64,000 bases of DNA from Bacillota bacterium. Lineage in GTDB: Bacteria; Bacillota; Clostridia; Acetivibrionales; JAEXSP01. The stretch is from the NCBI GenBank assembly GCA_023453795.1, contig JAEXSP010000017.1, positions 6,655 to 70,654 on the forward strand. Reading direction: 5' to 3'. The notes under the pieces were generated by a model. That model made no database searches, had not been told where the DNA came from, and saw only the letters and a program-made list of their open reading frames with translations. Within the stretch, counting starts at the first letter, position 1. The number at the start of each line of letters is the position of its first letter. Of this stretch, positions 36,325 to 46,123 are shown piece by piece. The translations under genes were made by a program, and so were the position numbers.

Positions 36325-36990
36325 ATGCTTATTGAGACAAATATGACAATAGCATATAAATGTCCTGCTTGTGGGACTTTCGAATTTTTTAGCACTTCTC
36401 TTTTCAATGTTTCATGTAAAAAGAAGCTTTACCTGCCTTGCCGATGCAATAAAACAGGCATATCCATTTCCGGAACACGTTCAGGGGAATGTAATATATC
36501 TGTGCCCTGCATATGCTGCGGAAGCAGCCACGATTGGTTGTTGACCAAGAGGGATTTGCTGCCGAAAGGTATAAATGTCCTTTATTGCCCGGAAATAGGT
36601 ATGCAGATTTGTTTTATAGGGAATGATTTAGAGGTAAGGAATAAGATTGACAATCTCGAAAAGGAATTAGACGACCTGATCAGTATGATGGGTTACGATA
36701 ATTACTTTAAAAATACTCAGGTCATGATAGAATCTTTGAACAAGGTGCATGATATTGCCGAACAGGGTAATCTGATTTGTGAGTGTGGAAATAGTGACGT
36801 TGAACTTATATTATTTTCTGATATGATACAATTAAAGTGCAAAAAGTGCTCCGGCAGTAAAATGATTCCTGCCGGGACTAATGGGGATTTAAAGGATATA
36901 TTGACCAGGGAGCATCTCCTCCTTACTCATGAAGCATCGGATTTTGAAATGAGAAAAGTCAAATCGTTTATCGAGACAGATGGGATGTAG
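36325..36990 (+). CDS. Cys-rich hypothetical protein with two zinc-ribbon-like modules
   Basis: CPACG...CRC...CICCG in the N-terminal half and CECG...CKKCSG in the C-terminal half. AGGAG RBS. Confidence 0.5.
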   Translation: MLIETNMTIAYKCPACGTFEFFSTSLFNVSCKKKLYLPCRCNKTGISISGTRSGECNISVPCICCGSSHDWLLTKRDLLPKGINVLYCPEIGMQICFIGNDLEVRNKIDNLEKELDDLISMMGYDNYFKNTQVMIESLNKVHDIAEQGNLICECGNSDVELILFSDMIQLKCKKCSGSKMIPAGTNGDLKDILTREHLLLTHEASDFEMRKVKSFIETDGM

Positions 36991-37052
36991 AGTTCCTGAC
37001 CACCGAAGATTATATCATTATAAGTTGAGATATGAGCGTAATTTTTACAAGA

Positions 37053-37081
37053 TTGACAAAAAGGCTCTTTAATGCTATAAT
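37053..37081 (+). promoter_or_regulatory. Near-consensus sigma-A promoter upstream of rho
   Basis: TTGACA (37053..37058), a 17-nt spacer ending in TGc, then TATAAT (37076..37081). This implies a leader of about 235 nt before the rho ATG. Confidence 0.6.
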
Positions 37082-37322
37082 GCATCAAGTAGTGTCTACA
37101 AGTCTCCCCAAAAATAAAATCTTATATGATGTACTCATCTTACATTATAAATGTAGAGATAAATTTGTACACTTTGATTTGCCAATTATTTTATCATACA
37201 TGTTGACACGCTATGCAAAAGGTATAAGGTTTTGATTTGAAGTTTTGCTTGTTGTGTCTATGACCATTAATTTCAGGTAAATTAAAATAAATAATAGTGT
37301 TTAGAGAACAAGGCGGTGAAGT

Positions 37323-39026
37323 ATGGAGTATATTAATCTTGAAAGTAAATCTCTTGAGGATTTACGGTATATTGCCAAGATGATGGGAATAAAGGGAGTA
37401 ACCAAATTCAAAAAAGAAGAGCTTGCGGAAAAGATATTGGAAGCAGGGAAATCCGCTGCTGATACCCAAGCACAAAAGGGTCCCGATGTTCTTGATTCAA
37501 AAGAACGTAACAAGGGCAGAAAGACTGAGAAAAATGAAGAAGCTGAAGAGCCCGTTTTAAAGGAGAACAGCGAAGCAAAAAGTGAAAAGTCTCCGGAGGA
37601 GCCTGCCGTAATGAGAAAATCCAAACGCGGAAGGCCCAGTAAAGCAGCTGTGGCTTCAACTGAAAATAAAGAATCCCAAAAGCAGGAACGAACAGCAGAG
37701 ATTAAACAGGCAACACCTGTACTCAATGATTCAGTAAAAGAAACGGTTTATGAAAAAGCAGACAAACCTTCAAATACTGCAACCGTAAATGCAACTGTGA
37801 ATGAGCAGCCTGTCAGGATAGAACCGGAGAAGCCGGAAGTCAGGGGGCCTCAGAAATATACAGAACAGAGGAAAGACAACCCGGTACAGGCCGGTGAGAA
37901 GATTGAAAGCGATGATCCTGTTGAAGGAGTTCTTGAGGTTTTGCCGGATGGCTACGGTTTCTTAAGAAGCGATAATTACCTTTCGGGGTCAAAAGACGTA
38001 TATGTCTCTCCCTCGCAGATAAGGAGATTCGGACTTAAAACCGGGGATAAAATAAAGGGCAAGGGAAGAATTCCAAAAGAAGGCGAAAAATTTCAGGCGC
38101 TTCTATATGTTCAAAACGTTAACGGCGATTCTCCGGAAGTTGCGTCTAAAAGAATTGCATTTGAACACCTCACACCGATATATCCCGATCAAAAAATTAC
38201 GCTTGAAACTTCACCCAGGGAGCTTTCAACGCGCTTGATAGATTTGATAGCCCCTATCGGAAAGGGTCAGCGCGGAATGGTAGTTTCGCCTCCAAAAGCA
38301 GGTAAGACTATCCTTCTGAAGAAGATTGCCAACAGTATTACAGCCAATTATCCTGAAATAGAACTGATTGTGCTGCTGATCGATGAAAGGCCTGAAGAAG
38401 TAACGGATATGCAGCGGTCAATCAAGGGAGAAGTCATATATTCTACCTTTGATGAAGTTCCGGAACACCACATCAAAGTTGCGGAGATGGTGCTGGAAAG
38501 GGCTCAAAGACTTGTAGAGCATAAAAAGGATGTTGTTATACTTCTTGACAGTATAACCCGACTTGCAAGGGCTTACAACCTGACAATACCTCCAACGGGC
38601 AGAACACTTTCAGGAGGACTTGACCCGGGTGCGCTGCATAAACCGAAAAGATTCTTCGGAGCAGCAAGAAATATTGAGTTCGGCGGCAGCTTGACTATAA
38701 TGGCAACTGCGCTGATTGAAACGGGCAGCAGGATGGACGATGTCATATTCGAAGAATTCAAGGGCACCGGTAATATGGAACTTCACCTTGACAGAAGGCT
38801 TTCCGAAAGACGAATTTTCCCTGCCATGGATATTAATAAGTCCGGTACAAGGAGAGAAGAACTGCTTCTGACTCAGAAAGAGCTTGAAAGCATTTGGGCT
38901 ATAAGAAAAGCTATGAGCAACATGGGAACTGCAGAGGTTACGGAAATGATAATGAATAAGCTGGTGCAGACCCGAAATAATGAAGAATTTGTAAATAGCA
39001 TAAATATTTCTTTTAATGATAAATAG
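37323..39026 (+). CDS. rho: Transcription termination factor Rho with a large N-terminal insertion
   Basis: N-terminal [15 protein letters not shown], the CSD-like region [14 protein letters not shown], Walker A PPKAGKT, then IDERPEEV and a C-terminal RREELL. It is 567 aa, against roughly 420 aa for canonical Rho. Confidence 0.97.
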   Translation: MEYINLESKSLEDLRYIAKMMGIKGVTKFKKEELAEKILEAGKSAADTQAQKGPDVLDSKERNKGRKTEKNEEAEEPVLKENSEAKSEKSPEEPAVMRKSKRGRPSKAAVASTENKESQKQERTAEIKQATPVLNDSVKETVYEKADKPSNTATVNATVNEQPVRIEPEKPEVRGPQKYTEQRKDNPVQAGEKIESDDPVEGVLEVLPDGYGFLRSDNYLSGSKDVYVSPSQIRRFGLKTGDKIKGKGRIPKEGEKFQALLYVQNVNGDSPEVASKRIAFEHLTPIYPDQKITLETSPRELSTRLIDLIAPIGKGQRGMVVSPPKAGKTILLKKIANSITANYPEIELIVLLIDERPEEVTDMQRSIKGEVIYSTFDEVPEHHIKVAEMVLERAQRLVEHKKDVVILLDSITRLARAYNLTIPPTGRTLSGGLDPGALHKPKRFFGAARNIEFGGSLTIMATALIETGSRMDDVIFEEFKGTGNMELHLDRRLSERRIFPAMDINKSGTRREELLLTQKELESIWAIRKAMSNMGTAEVTEMIMNKLVQTRNNEEFVNSINISFNDK

Positions 39027-39176
39027 TACTTGCCTATGGAATAATTTTATGCTAAAATAAGCTTTGCTGTTTAAAATTTTTAACTAAAGATATTATAATT
39101 AATAATTAATATATTTCTTTAGCAAGGCTTGGCGGTTATATCCGGTGGTCTTTGCGGTATGAAAGAGGTGAGATAG

Positions 39177-39386
39177 ATGCGGGAAGGAATTCATCCAAAT
39201 TACGGTGAAGCAGTTGTAAAATGTGCATGTGGTGAGACTTTTACTACAGGTTCCACAAAGAAAAGTCTTCATGTTGAAATATGCTCCAAGTGCCACCCAT
39301 TCTTTACTGGAAAGCAGAAGCTTATAGATACAGGCGGACGTGTTGAGAAATTCAAAAAGAAATTCGGTATCGTTGACAAGGAATAA
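39177..39386 (+). CDS. rpmE: 50S ribosomal protein L31 (Cys-containing type A)
   Basis: MREGIHPNY...CACG...[10 protein letters not shown]. Confidence 0.97.
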   Translation: MREGIHPNYGEAVVKCACGETFTTGSTKKSLHVEICSKCHPFFTGKQKLIDTGGRVEKFKKKFGIVDKE

Positions 39387-39422
39387 TTATTATTTGAAAA
39401 ATAGTCATAAACATGATAGACT

Positions 39423-39460
39423 AAAGGCTGGGAATCTAATTTCCAGCCTTTTATTTTTTT
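39423..39460 (+). terminator. Rho-independent terminator after rpmE
   Basis: 12-bp stem AAAGGCTGGGAA/TTTCCAGCCTTT (one G-T pair) followed by a T-run. Confidence 0.8.
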
Positions 39461-39527
39461 GTGGGACATGCCTCGGCATGGGTTTTATTTTTTTTCGATA
39501 AACACGCCTTTGGATATGGAGGTTAAT

Positions 39528-40457
39528 ATGAAGAAAACAAGTATAGGGGGTTCAGCGCTCATCGAGGGTCTGATGATGATAGGCCCTGAAAACGCAGCTA
39601 TTGCAATAAGAAAGCCGGATGGGGAAATTATTGTGGATAAGAGGCCCCTGCCGGCAAAAAGCTTCTATGGAAAAATACCGGTTATACGAGGAGCTTATAA
39701 TTTCTTTAAGCAAATCGTTCTTGTAATGAAAGCAATGATGTTCTCGGCCGAGTTCGTTGATATAGAGGGTGAAGAAGACGCAAAGCCGTCCAAGCTGGAT
39801 GCTTTTATTGAAAGAGTTTTCGGAGATAAGATAAAGGATGCGGTAATATATTTTGCTGTAATATTATCTCTTGCATTTTCAATAGGTCTTTTCATACTTC
39901 TGCCTAACTTTTTGGCGGAACTGGTCGGTTTCAGTAAAAACACATTTAAAGGAAATATATATTACAACCTTTTTGAGGGCGGCATCAGGATAGTCCTGTT
40001 TTCGGGGTATATAATGCTGACTACCGCAATGAAGGACGTTAAGAGAGTATGGCAATACCATGGTGCAGAGCATAAGACAATTCACTGCTATGAGCATGAA
40101 GAAGAACTGACTGTGGAAAATGTAAAGAAATATACAACGCTGCACCCACGCTGCGGTACTTCCTTTATGTTCCTTGTTATGATTATTAGTATATTGGTTT
40201 TCTCCGTTCTGCCAAGGATTACCCTCATTTTGAACATTTTAATGAGATTGGCTCTTGTGCCTCTTGTGGCAGGGCTGTCTTACGAGGTTATAAAGCTTGC
40301 GGGCAGGAGTAACTCAAAAATCATGAATATTATAAATGCTCCAGGAATGTTCTTTCAGCTCTTCACAGCAAAAGAACCTGATGATGGCATGATAGAGGTA
40401 GCAATTGAGGCCTTCAAGAATGTATTGGTGGAGGATAAGAACGCAGACAAGTGGTAA
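39528..40457 (+). CDS. DUF1385 (YqhQ-like) membrane protein
   Basis: The ATG at 39528 (GGAGG RBS) gives MKKTSIGGSALIEGLMMIGPENAAIAIRKPDGEI, typical of DUF1385. The track start at 39459 would overlap the rpmE terminator. Confidence 0.85.
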   Translation: MKKTSIGGSALIEGLMMIGPENAAIAIRKPDGEIIVDKRPLPAKSFYGKIPVIRGAYNFFKQIVLVMKAMMFSAEFVDIEGEEDAKPSKLDAFIERVFGDKIKDAVIYFAVILSLAFSIGLFILLPNFLAELVGFSKNTFKGNIYYNLFEGGIRIVLFSGYIMLTTAMKDVKRVWQYHGAEHKTIHCYEHEEELTVENVKKYTTLHPRCGTSFMFLVMIISILVFSVLPRITLILNILMRLALVPLVAGLSYEVIKLAGRSNSKIMNIINAPGMFFQLFTAKEPDDGMIEVAIEAFKNVLVEDKNADKW

Positions 40458-40484
40458 GGATATATACAGCAAGGGGACGTTGAA

Positions 40485-41357
40485 TTGATAAATATTGATG
40501 GAGCGTTAAAAAAAGGGATTGAAATTCTTAAGAATGCAAATAATGAGGCCCCGGTGGTTGAAGCCGGGGTTATGCTTTGTTCAGCACTTAAATGCGATAA
40601 AGCTTTCCTGTATTCCCATAATGACCATTGCATAAGCAGAGATGAATATGATTTTTATATTGAACAGCTAAATCAAAGGGCTTCAGGCAAGCCTCTGCAA
40701 TATATAACAGGGCATCAGGAGTTCATGTCGCTTGATTTCATTGTCACTCCGGATGTGCTTATTCCAAGGCAGGATACTGAGATCCTGGTCGAAACAGTAA
40801 TTAATTTTGCCCAAAATCATTTAAATAGTCCTGCATTAAAAATACTGGACATTGGTACGGGATCAGGATGTATTGCCGTCAGCCTTGCGCATTACTTGAA
40901 GAATTGTAAAGTAACCGCAGTCGACATATCGGAGAAGGCCTTGAAAATAGCAAGGCTGAACGCCGATAAAGCAGGTGCGGCGGATAGAATAAGGTTCTTG
41001 CAAAGCAATGTTTTAGAACGCTTGGAAAAGGATCGGTTTGACGTCATATTGTCAAATCCTCCGTATATACCTGCGGCGGATATTAAAAAGCTGCAGGTTG
41101 AGGTCAGGGATTACGAGCCAATAGGGGCTCTTGACGGCGGAGCAGACGGATTGGATTTTTATCGTAAAATCGTCAGTGAAGCTCCCTGTTTTTTGAAGCC
41201 CGATTGCCTGCTGGCTTTTGAAGTGGGCTATGATCAGGCTCAAAAGGTAAGCAGGCTGATGAGTCAATGCTTTGATGATATACAAATCATCAAAGACCTT
41301 AGCGGAATTGAAAGAGTGGTAACAGGTAAGCTGCAAACTACTCATTCCATATCTTGA
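40485..41357 (+). CDS. prmC: Peptide chain release factor N5-glutamine methyltransferase
   Basis: SAM-binding LDIGTGSGCIA and the catalytic NPPY motif (ILSNPPYIP). TTG start with an AAGGGGA RBS. Confidence 0.9.
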   Translation: MINIDGALKKGIEILKNANNEAPVVEAGVMLCSALKCDKAFLYSHNDHCISRDEYDFYIEQLNQRASGKPLQYITGHQEFMSLDFIVTPDVLIPRQDTEILVETVINFAQNHLNSPALKILDIGTGSGCIAVSLAHYLKNCKVTAVDISEKALKIARLNADKAGAADRIRFLQSNVLERLEKDRFDVILSNPPYIPAADIKKLQVEVRDYEPIGALDGGADGLDFYRKIVSEAPCFLKPDCLLAFEVGYDQAQKVSRLMSQCFDDIQIIKDLSGIERVVTGKLQTTHSIS

Positions 41358-42405
41358 TTATCCCGGATTTCTGGATACTCTTCAGTACTATGAAGGTGAT
41401 AGGGCCCAGGAAGAATCCCAGAACTCCAAATATCTCAAGTCCTAAAAAGATGGCAATAAGGGTCGCAAGTGGGTGAAGTCCTATCTGATCGCCTACTATC
41501 TTCGGCTCCAAGGTCTGCCTTACAACAACACCGCATACATATATTATTAACAGTCCTATAGCCATCGGGATATTGCCTGTAATAAGATGCCATGAGATCC
41601 ATGGAACCATTACGATACCTGTACCCAATACCGGGATGGCATCCGAAAGGGCCACAAGGAGAGCCATAACAACAATATAGTCAACATTTGTTACAAATAT
41701 GCGCATGATTGACAAGCCGATCAATACTTCAATAAATGTAAAGCACATAAGCATCAGCAGGGCTTTAAAGTATCCAATGAGAGCCTTGAAGGTGTCTGCT
41801 TTTAAACCCTCAAATCGTTCAGACCACTCGGCGGGTATCTGTTTCCTCAGAAAAGCCTTTATCTCTTTCATGTCGCTGCTTATGAAATATGTGGCAAGTA
41901 AAGTCATGATAACGAATATTGCTATACTCGGCACTGATTTTATTGTATGAATAAGATAAGACACAGTTCCGGCAGCAATACTCTTTGCCTGAGGTATGAA
42001 ACTTACAATGCCATCCTTTACTGCATTTGAGATGTCCTTTGGCAAATGCTTGTAATAGGTGGTCAATTGATTTGCCCAATCGGTAAGCGTATCGGAATAA
42101 CTCGTTACATTAGCCTGTAAAGAGATCAATTCGTTATAAAGTGCTATAATTCCTATGGCAACCAGCACTGCAAGAACACATATTGTAATGAACAGCGAGA
42201 TGACAGAAGCTAATTTTCTGGGAACTTTTAATTTCTCAAAAAGCCTTGTAATCGGTTCATTTATCATTGCAATGATGAATGCGACAACAAATGGAGCAAA
42301 AAACGGAATGAAGTATTTAATTAAAAAATATACTGCGAAAATTACGCCAACAACAACTAAAATCTTTATTACAAATTTAAATAGCTTATCATATTTTTTT
42401 TGCAT
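41338..42405 (-). CDS. ytvI: AI-2E family transporter / sporulation integral membrane protein YtvI-like
   Basis: 355-aa polytopic membrane protein with an AI-2E-type layout. The C-terminal LGLEIFGVLGFFLGPI block is present. Confidence 0.75.
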   Translation of the reverse strand: MQKKYDKLFKFVIKILVVVGVIFAVYFLIKYFIPFFAPFVVAFIIAMINEPITRLFEKLKVPRKLASVISLFITICVLAVLVAIGIIALYNELISLQANVTSYSDTLTDWANQLTTYYKHLPKDISNAVKDGIVSFIPQAKSIAAGTVSYLIHTIKSVPSIAIFVIMTLLATYFISSDMKEIKAFLRKQIPAEWSERFEGLKADTFKALIGYFKALLMLMCFTFIEVLIGLSIMRIFVTNVDYIVVMALLVALSDAIPVLGTGIVMVPWISWHLITGNIPMAIGLLIIYVCGVVVRQTLEPKIVGDQIGLHPLATLIAIFLGLEIFGVLGFFLGPITFIVLKSIQKSGIIKIWNE

Positions 42406-42481
42406 TCAAGCCAACCTTTCAAAATTGCATATTAATTCAATTATAATTTATATAGTGTGATTATAGCAAGAAAAATTAACT

Positions 42482-44218
42482 CTATCCTGCCTTAAATTGA
42501 ACATTGTACATCCTGCTGTATGTTCCGGACAGTTCCAGCAGTTCATGGTGCCGTCCTTCTTCAACTACTCTGCCATCCTCAATGACGTATATTTTGTCGG
42601 AGTTCTCTATTGTGGAAAGCCTGTGTGCAATTATAAGAGCTGTTCTTCCTTTCATTAGCAGCTCCAGTGCCATTTGAACCTGCTGTTCGCTGTGTGAATC
42701 AAGTGATGAAGTGGCTTCATCCAGCAATAATATAGGAGCGTCCTTCAAAATAGCTCTTGCTATTGCAATCCTTTGCCTTTCCCCACCGGAAAGTCTGACT
42801 CCTCTTTCTCCAACCATTGTCTTATACTGTTGAGGCATTTCCGCAATGAATTCATGAGCAAAAGCTGATTTGGCTGCACTTATTACCTCTTCGTCTGTAG
42901 CATCCGGTTTACCGAAGCGGATATTTTCCTCGATGGTACCATCGAACATGCAGGCATCTTGAGGAACATATGCAAACATTTTTCTGAGCTCCTTAAGTGT
43001 AAATTTATTCAATGGTTTGCCGTCTATAATAATTGTTCCCTCATTAGTGGGGTAAAAACCCATAAAAAGCTTTATAATTGTACTTTTGCCACCGCCGCTG
43101 CCACCAACAAGCGCAATAGTCTCACCCTTTTTAACTGATAAGCTGATACCTGAAAGGATAGGCTTTTCTTCATATTTAAATGAGACCTGTGACATTTCCA
43201 GCATGTTGTTACTTTTTGATGTTCCGGGAATATCGTAGGATACCGGTTCTGTTTCTGTGCTTAACAGCTCGATTACCCTTGATGATCCTGCAAGTGAACT
43301 TTGAAGTTCTGCTATAAGTCCACCCAGACGTCTAATCATAACGTTTACGTTACCGAGAAGATTTATCTCACCTATAACCGTTCCTATCTCTACTCCTCCC
43401 GCAATGTAAAACAGTGCTCCTATGGAAATGGTTCCTCCGAAATTAATCCAACTAATTACAAAATTTGCTGCATCAAGCTGAGCCCGTTTTTTATACCTTT
43501 CAAGGGTTATTTTCTGAACATCGTCGTTAACTGTGGAGAATTGACTACTAAGGCGATCTTCTATCTGAAACATTTTCATGATTACGAACCCTGAAAACAT
43601 GTCGGATACTTTTTCAGTCAGAGTGCCCTTTGCTTTTTGAAGCTTTCCGCTGATATTCCTTATGCTGGCCGAGAATTTTATATTAAGCATTGTTGAACAT
43701 ATGCCCATGCTGATGAGAATAATTCCGAATCGCCAGTCAAGCAGAACCATTATTATTGCAGAGCCAACACCCGAAAAAGTAACAAAAATTATCTGTCTGA
43801 GGATCCATCCTAAAGGGCCCCATAATATATCGACATCATTTGTCAGGCGCGAAATGATGTCTCCGCTGTGATTCTTTTCAAAGTAGGAGACAGGCAAGCG
43901 CAGTACATGCTTGACAATTTTTATCTTAATATCAACCATTGTCCTGGATATTGTAGTCCACAGCAGTGGAATAAAAATTAAAAAGAGTGCACTGGCAATG
44001 ATGGCTTCCGAGCCTGCGATAATGAACCCTTTCCAAAGCATTGCAGAGTCTCTTTTTATTGAAGCGTCAACCATAATTTTTATTATGATTGGGACAACAA
44101 GGACAAGGCTGGCTTCGGTAGCCGTGTCTCCAAACAGGCCGAGAAAATACCAAAATGTCCTGGGTCTTAAGTATTTGAACAGCTTTATTAGATCATAAAA
44201 TCCAAGTTTCTTAAGCAT
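42482..44218 (-). CDS. ABC exporter, fused permease and ATPase (second subunit of a heterodimeric pair)
   Basis: Walker A GGSGGGKST, signature LSGGERQR and Walker B LLLDEATS. I prefer the MLKKLGFYDL start at 44218. The track start at 44269 would overlap the upstream gene by 23 nt. Confidence 0.9.
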   Translation of the reverse strand: MLKKLGFYDLIKLFKYLRPRTFWYFLGLFGDTATEASLVLVVPIIIKIMVDASIKRDSAMLWKGFIIAGSEAIIASALFLIFIPLLWTTISRTMVDIKIKIVKHVLRLPVSYFEKNHSGDIISRLTNDVDILWGPLGWILRQIIFVTFSGVGSAIIMVLLDWRFGIILISMGICSTMLNIKFSASIRNISGKLQKAKGTLTEKVSDMFSGFVIMKMFQIEDRLSSQFSTVNDDVQKITLERYKKRAQLDAANFVISWINFGGTISIGALFYIAGGVEIGTVIGEINLLGNVNVMIRRLGGLIAELQSSLAGSSRVIELLSTETEPVSYDIPGTSKSNNMLEMSQVSFKYEEKPILSGISLSVKKGETIALVGGSGGGKSTIIKLFMGFYPTNEGTIIIDGKPLNKFTLKELRKMFAYVPQDACMFDGTIEENIRFGKPDATDEEVISAAKSAFAHEFIAEMPQQYKTMVGERGVRLSGGERQRIAIARAILKDAPILLLDEATSSLDSHSEQQVQMALELLMKGRTALIIAHRLSTIENSDKIYVIEDGRVVEEGRHHELLELSGTYSRMYNVQFKAG

Positions 44219-44246
44219 AAGCTTTTCCTTTTTACAAGCATTAATT

Positions 44247-46022
44247 TTAACTATTGAACTGCTTCTCATACAGCCGTTTGTAATCCCCGTTCAAGCATAT
44301 GAGTTCGTCGTGAGTGCCTCTTTCAGAGATTTTACCTTCATTAAGAACAATAATCTCATCTGCGCTTTTGATTGTCGAAAAACGATGGGCAACTATTACC
44401 ACAGTCTTATTGGTCATCATTTTGTCCAGTGCTTCCTGCACTAATGCTTCAGACTCTGTATCCAATGCAGAAGTCGGCTCATCAAGAAGGAGGATAGGTG
44501 AGTTCTTTAAGACTGCCCTGGCAAGAGCGATTCTCTGTTTCTGCCCGCCTGAGAGCCGTATGCCTCTTTCGCCTGCAATGGTCTGAAAGCCTTCAGGAAG
44601 GTTTTGTATGAATTCATAAGCATTGGCAATCTTTGAGGCTGATACTATTTCCTCATATGTTGCTTCGGGCTTTCCATATGAAATGTTTTCAAGTACTGAT
44701 ACCGGGTAAAGAAAATTGTCCTGAGTGACAAGAGAAATTTCTGATCTCAGCTTGGATATACTTATATCATCCAGTTCTTTTCCCAAAACCTCTACTGTAC
44801 CTGACTCAGGAGATTGAATGCCGCAAATGAGCTTAAGCAGTGTGCTTTTACCACACCCACTAAGTCCTACTATTGCGGCCTTTTTGCCTTTTTCTATAGA
44901 AAAGCTCAGGCCCTGAAGCACTTTTTCTTCTTCTTTGTATCCAAAGGTTACATTTTTGAATTCAATTGCTGTTGAGCTTTCGGCAGTGTCTATACCTGTT
45001 CCGACTTCACATTCAGTTTCCCAATCATAAACTTCAGCGACTCTTTCCGAAGCCCCTGCAGTGCTTTTTAGCTTACTTATTTTATCCGTCAGGAATGCAA
45101 GCGGCCAATAAATATATCCTATCAAATAAATAAATGCCATCAGATCGCCTGTTGAAATGCTTTTATTAATGACGAGGTAGCTTCCGTATGTAACACAAAG
45201 TACCAGAGGCATCGTCCTTAGGGTTACATGCAAAGGCGAAGTATATGAGTTGATTCTTGTTTCCTTGATTGCGAATTTGAGGGAGGTTTTCATTTCAGCT
45301 TCATACATTTTGGAAACATCATCCTCCAGATTGAAGGATTTTACCATTTGAATGCCATTAACGGCATCCTGGACGATAATGTTTGCTTTTCCTATTGCTT
45401 CATGGTTTAGACGGGAATACCTCTTAATATAGTTTGCTATGAAATTGACAAGAAAAAGCGCGAGAGGTGTTAGCATGATGCTGAAAAGGAGAAGATTCCA
45501 GCTTATCGTCATCAAATATGCCGCTACTGCCGCTAATTGCAAGATGTCAGTAAAAAGATTTAAAAGATCCTGTCCAAAAAAATCCTGAACTGAAGAAGAG
45601 TCATTGGTGAATCTTGAAAGTAAATCGCCGGAGTGCCTTGTTTCCAAAAAGCTAATAGGAAGCTTCTGGAAGTGACGGTAAAGCGAGAGTCTGAAATCAC
45701 GCATGGCATTTGAACTGAACAACCCATAAAGGTATTGAAGAAGATAGCTTGTACATACCCCAACAACGATTATGACCATCATAAAAAGAATATAGCGAAT
45801 AATTCCACTGCTATTCTTTTTTAATGCAAAATTAACTATACCCTTAATCAGATATCCTTCAGAGATGCTTGTAAAAATATTTATAACGGATACCAATAGA
45901 AAAAGAAAAACTAAAATTTTATAGGGTTTAAGAAAAACAATAAAACGTTTCAACAGGTTCTTGGTACTGTATGTTTTCATATCTTTCATAGACTCAGTAA
46001 CCTCATTGATGTTGTTTGGCAT
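44247..46022 (-). CDS. ABC exporter, fused permease and ATPase (first subunit of a heterodimeric pair)
   Basis: Walker A GLSGCGKST, signature LSGGQKQR and Walker B LLLDEPTS. The start is uncertain: there is no clear RBS at 46022, and internal Met codons 12 and 15 are possible. Confidence 0.88.
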   Translation of the reverse strand: MPNNINEVTESMKDMKTYSTKNLLKRFIVFLKPYKILVFLFLLVSVINIFTSISEGYLIKGIVNFALKKNSSGIIRYILFMMVIIVVGVCTSYLLQYLYGLFSSNAMRDFRLSLYRHFQKLPISFLETRHSGDLLSRFTNDSSSVQDFFGQDLLNLFTDILQLAAVAAYLMTISWNLLLFSIMLTPLALFLVNFIANYIKRYSRLNHEAIGKANIIVQDAVNGIQMVKSFNLEDDVSKMYEAEMKTSLKFAIKETRINSYTSPLHVTLRTMPLVLCVTYGSYLVINKSISTGDLMAFIYLIGYIYWPLAFLTDKISKLKSTAGASERVAEVYDWETECEVGTGIDTAESSTAIEFKNVTFGYKEEEKVLQGLSFSIEKGKKAAIVGLSGCGKSTLLKLICGIQSPESGTVEVLGKELDDISISKLRSEISLVTQDNFLYPVSVLENISYGKPEATYEEIVSASKIANAYEFIQNLPEGFQTIAGERGIRLSGGQKQRIALARAVLKNSPILLLDEPTSALDTESEALVQEALDKMMTNKTVVIVAHRFSTIKSADEIIVLNEGKISERGTHDELICLNGDYKRLYEKQFNS

Positions 46023-46078
46023 TTTGTATATTAAGTATGATGTTATATAATATGGGAGCGGTTGTCAAGAAATGTTAA

Positions 46079-46108
46079 AGACCTTGCTCTTAAGGTTAAG
46101 CAAGGTCT
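46079..46108 (-). terminator. Hairpin downstream of the FtsX-type permease gene
   Basis: Perfect 10-bp stem AGACCTTGCT/AGCAAGGTCT with a 10-nt loop. The U-tract on the minus strand is weak. Confidence 0.5.
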
Positions 46109-46123
46109 CAGGTCCGTTAAAAT

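Noticed and set aside
37203-37228. Second promoter-like element TTGACA…TATAAG upstream of rho
   Set aside because: The spacer is only 14 nt, which is poor for sigma-A. The consensus promoter at 37053..37081 is the better candidate.
37301-37726. Track ORF (141 aa, minus strand) overlapping the rho 5' region
   Set aside because: It is antisense to the compositionally biased Rho insertion domain. Its translation is Ser/Phe/Leu-rich nonsense, and rho on the + strand is unambiguous.
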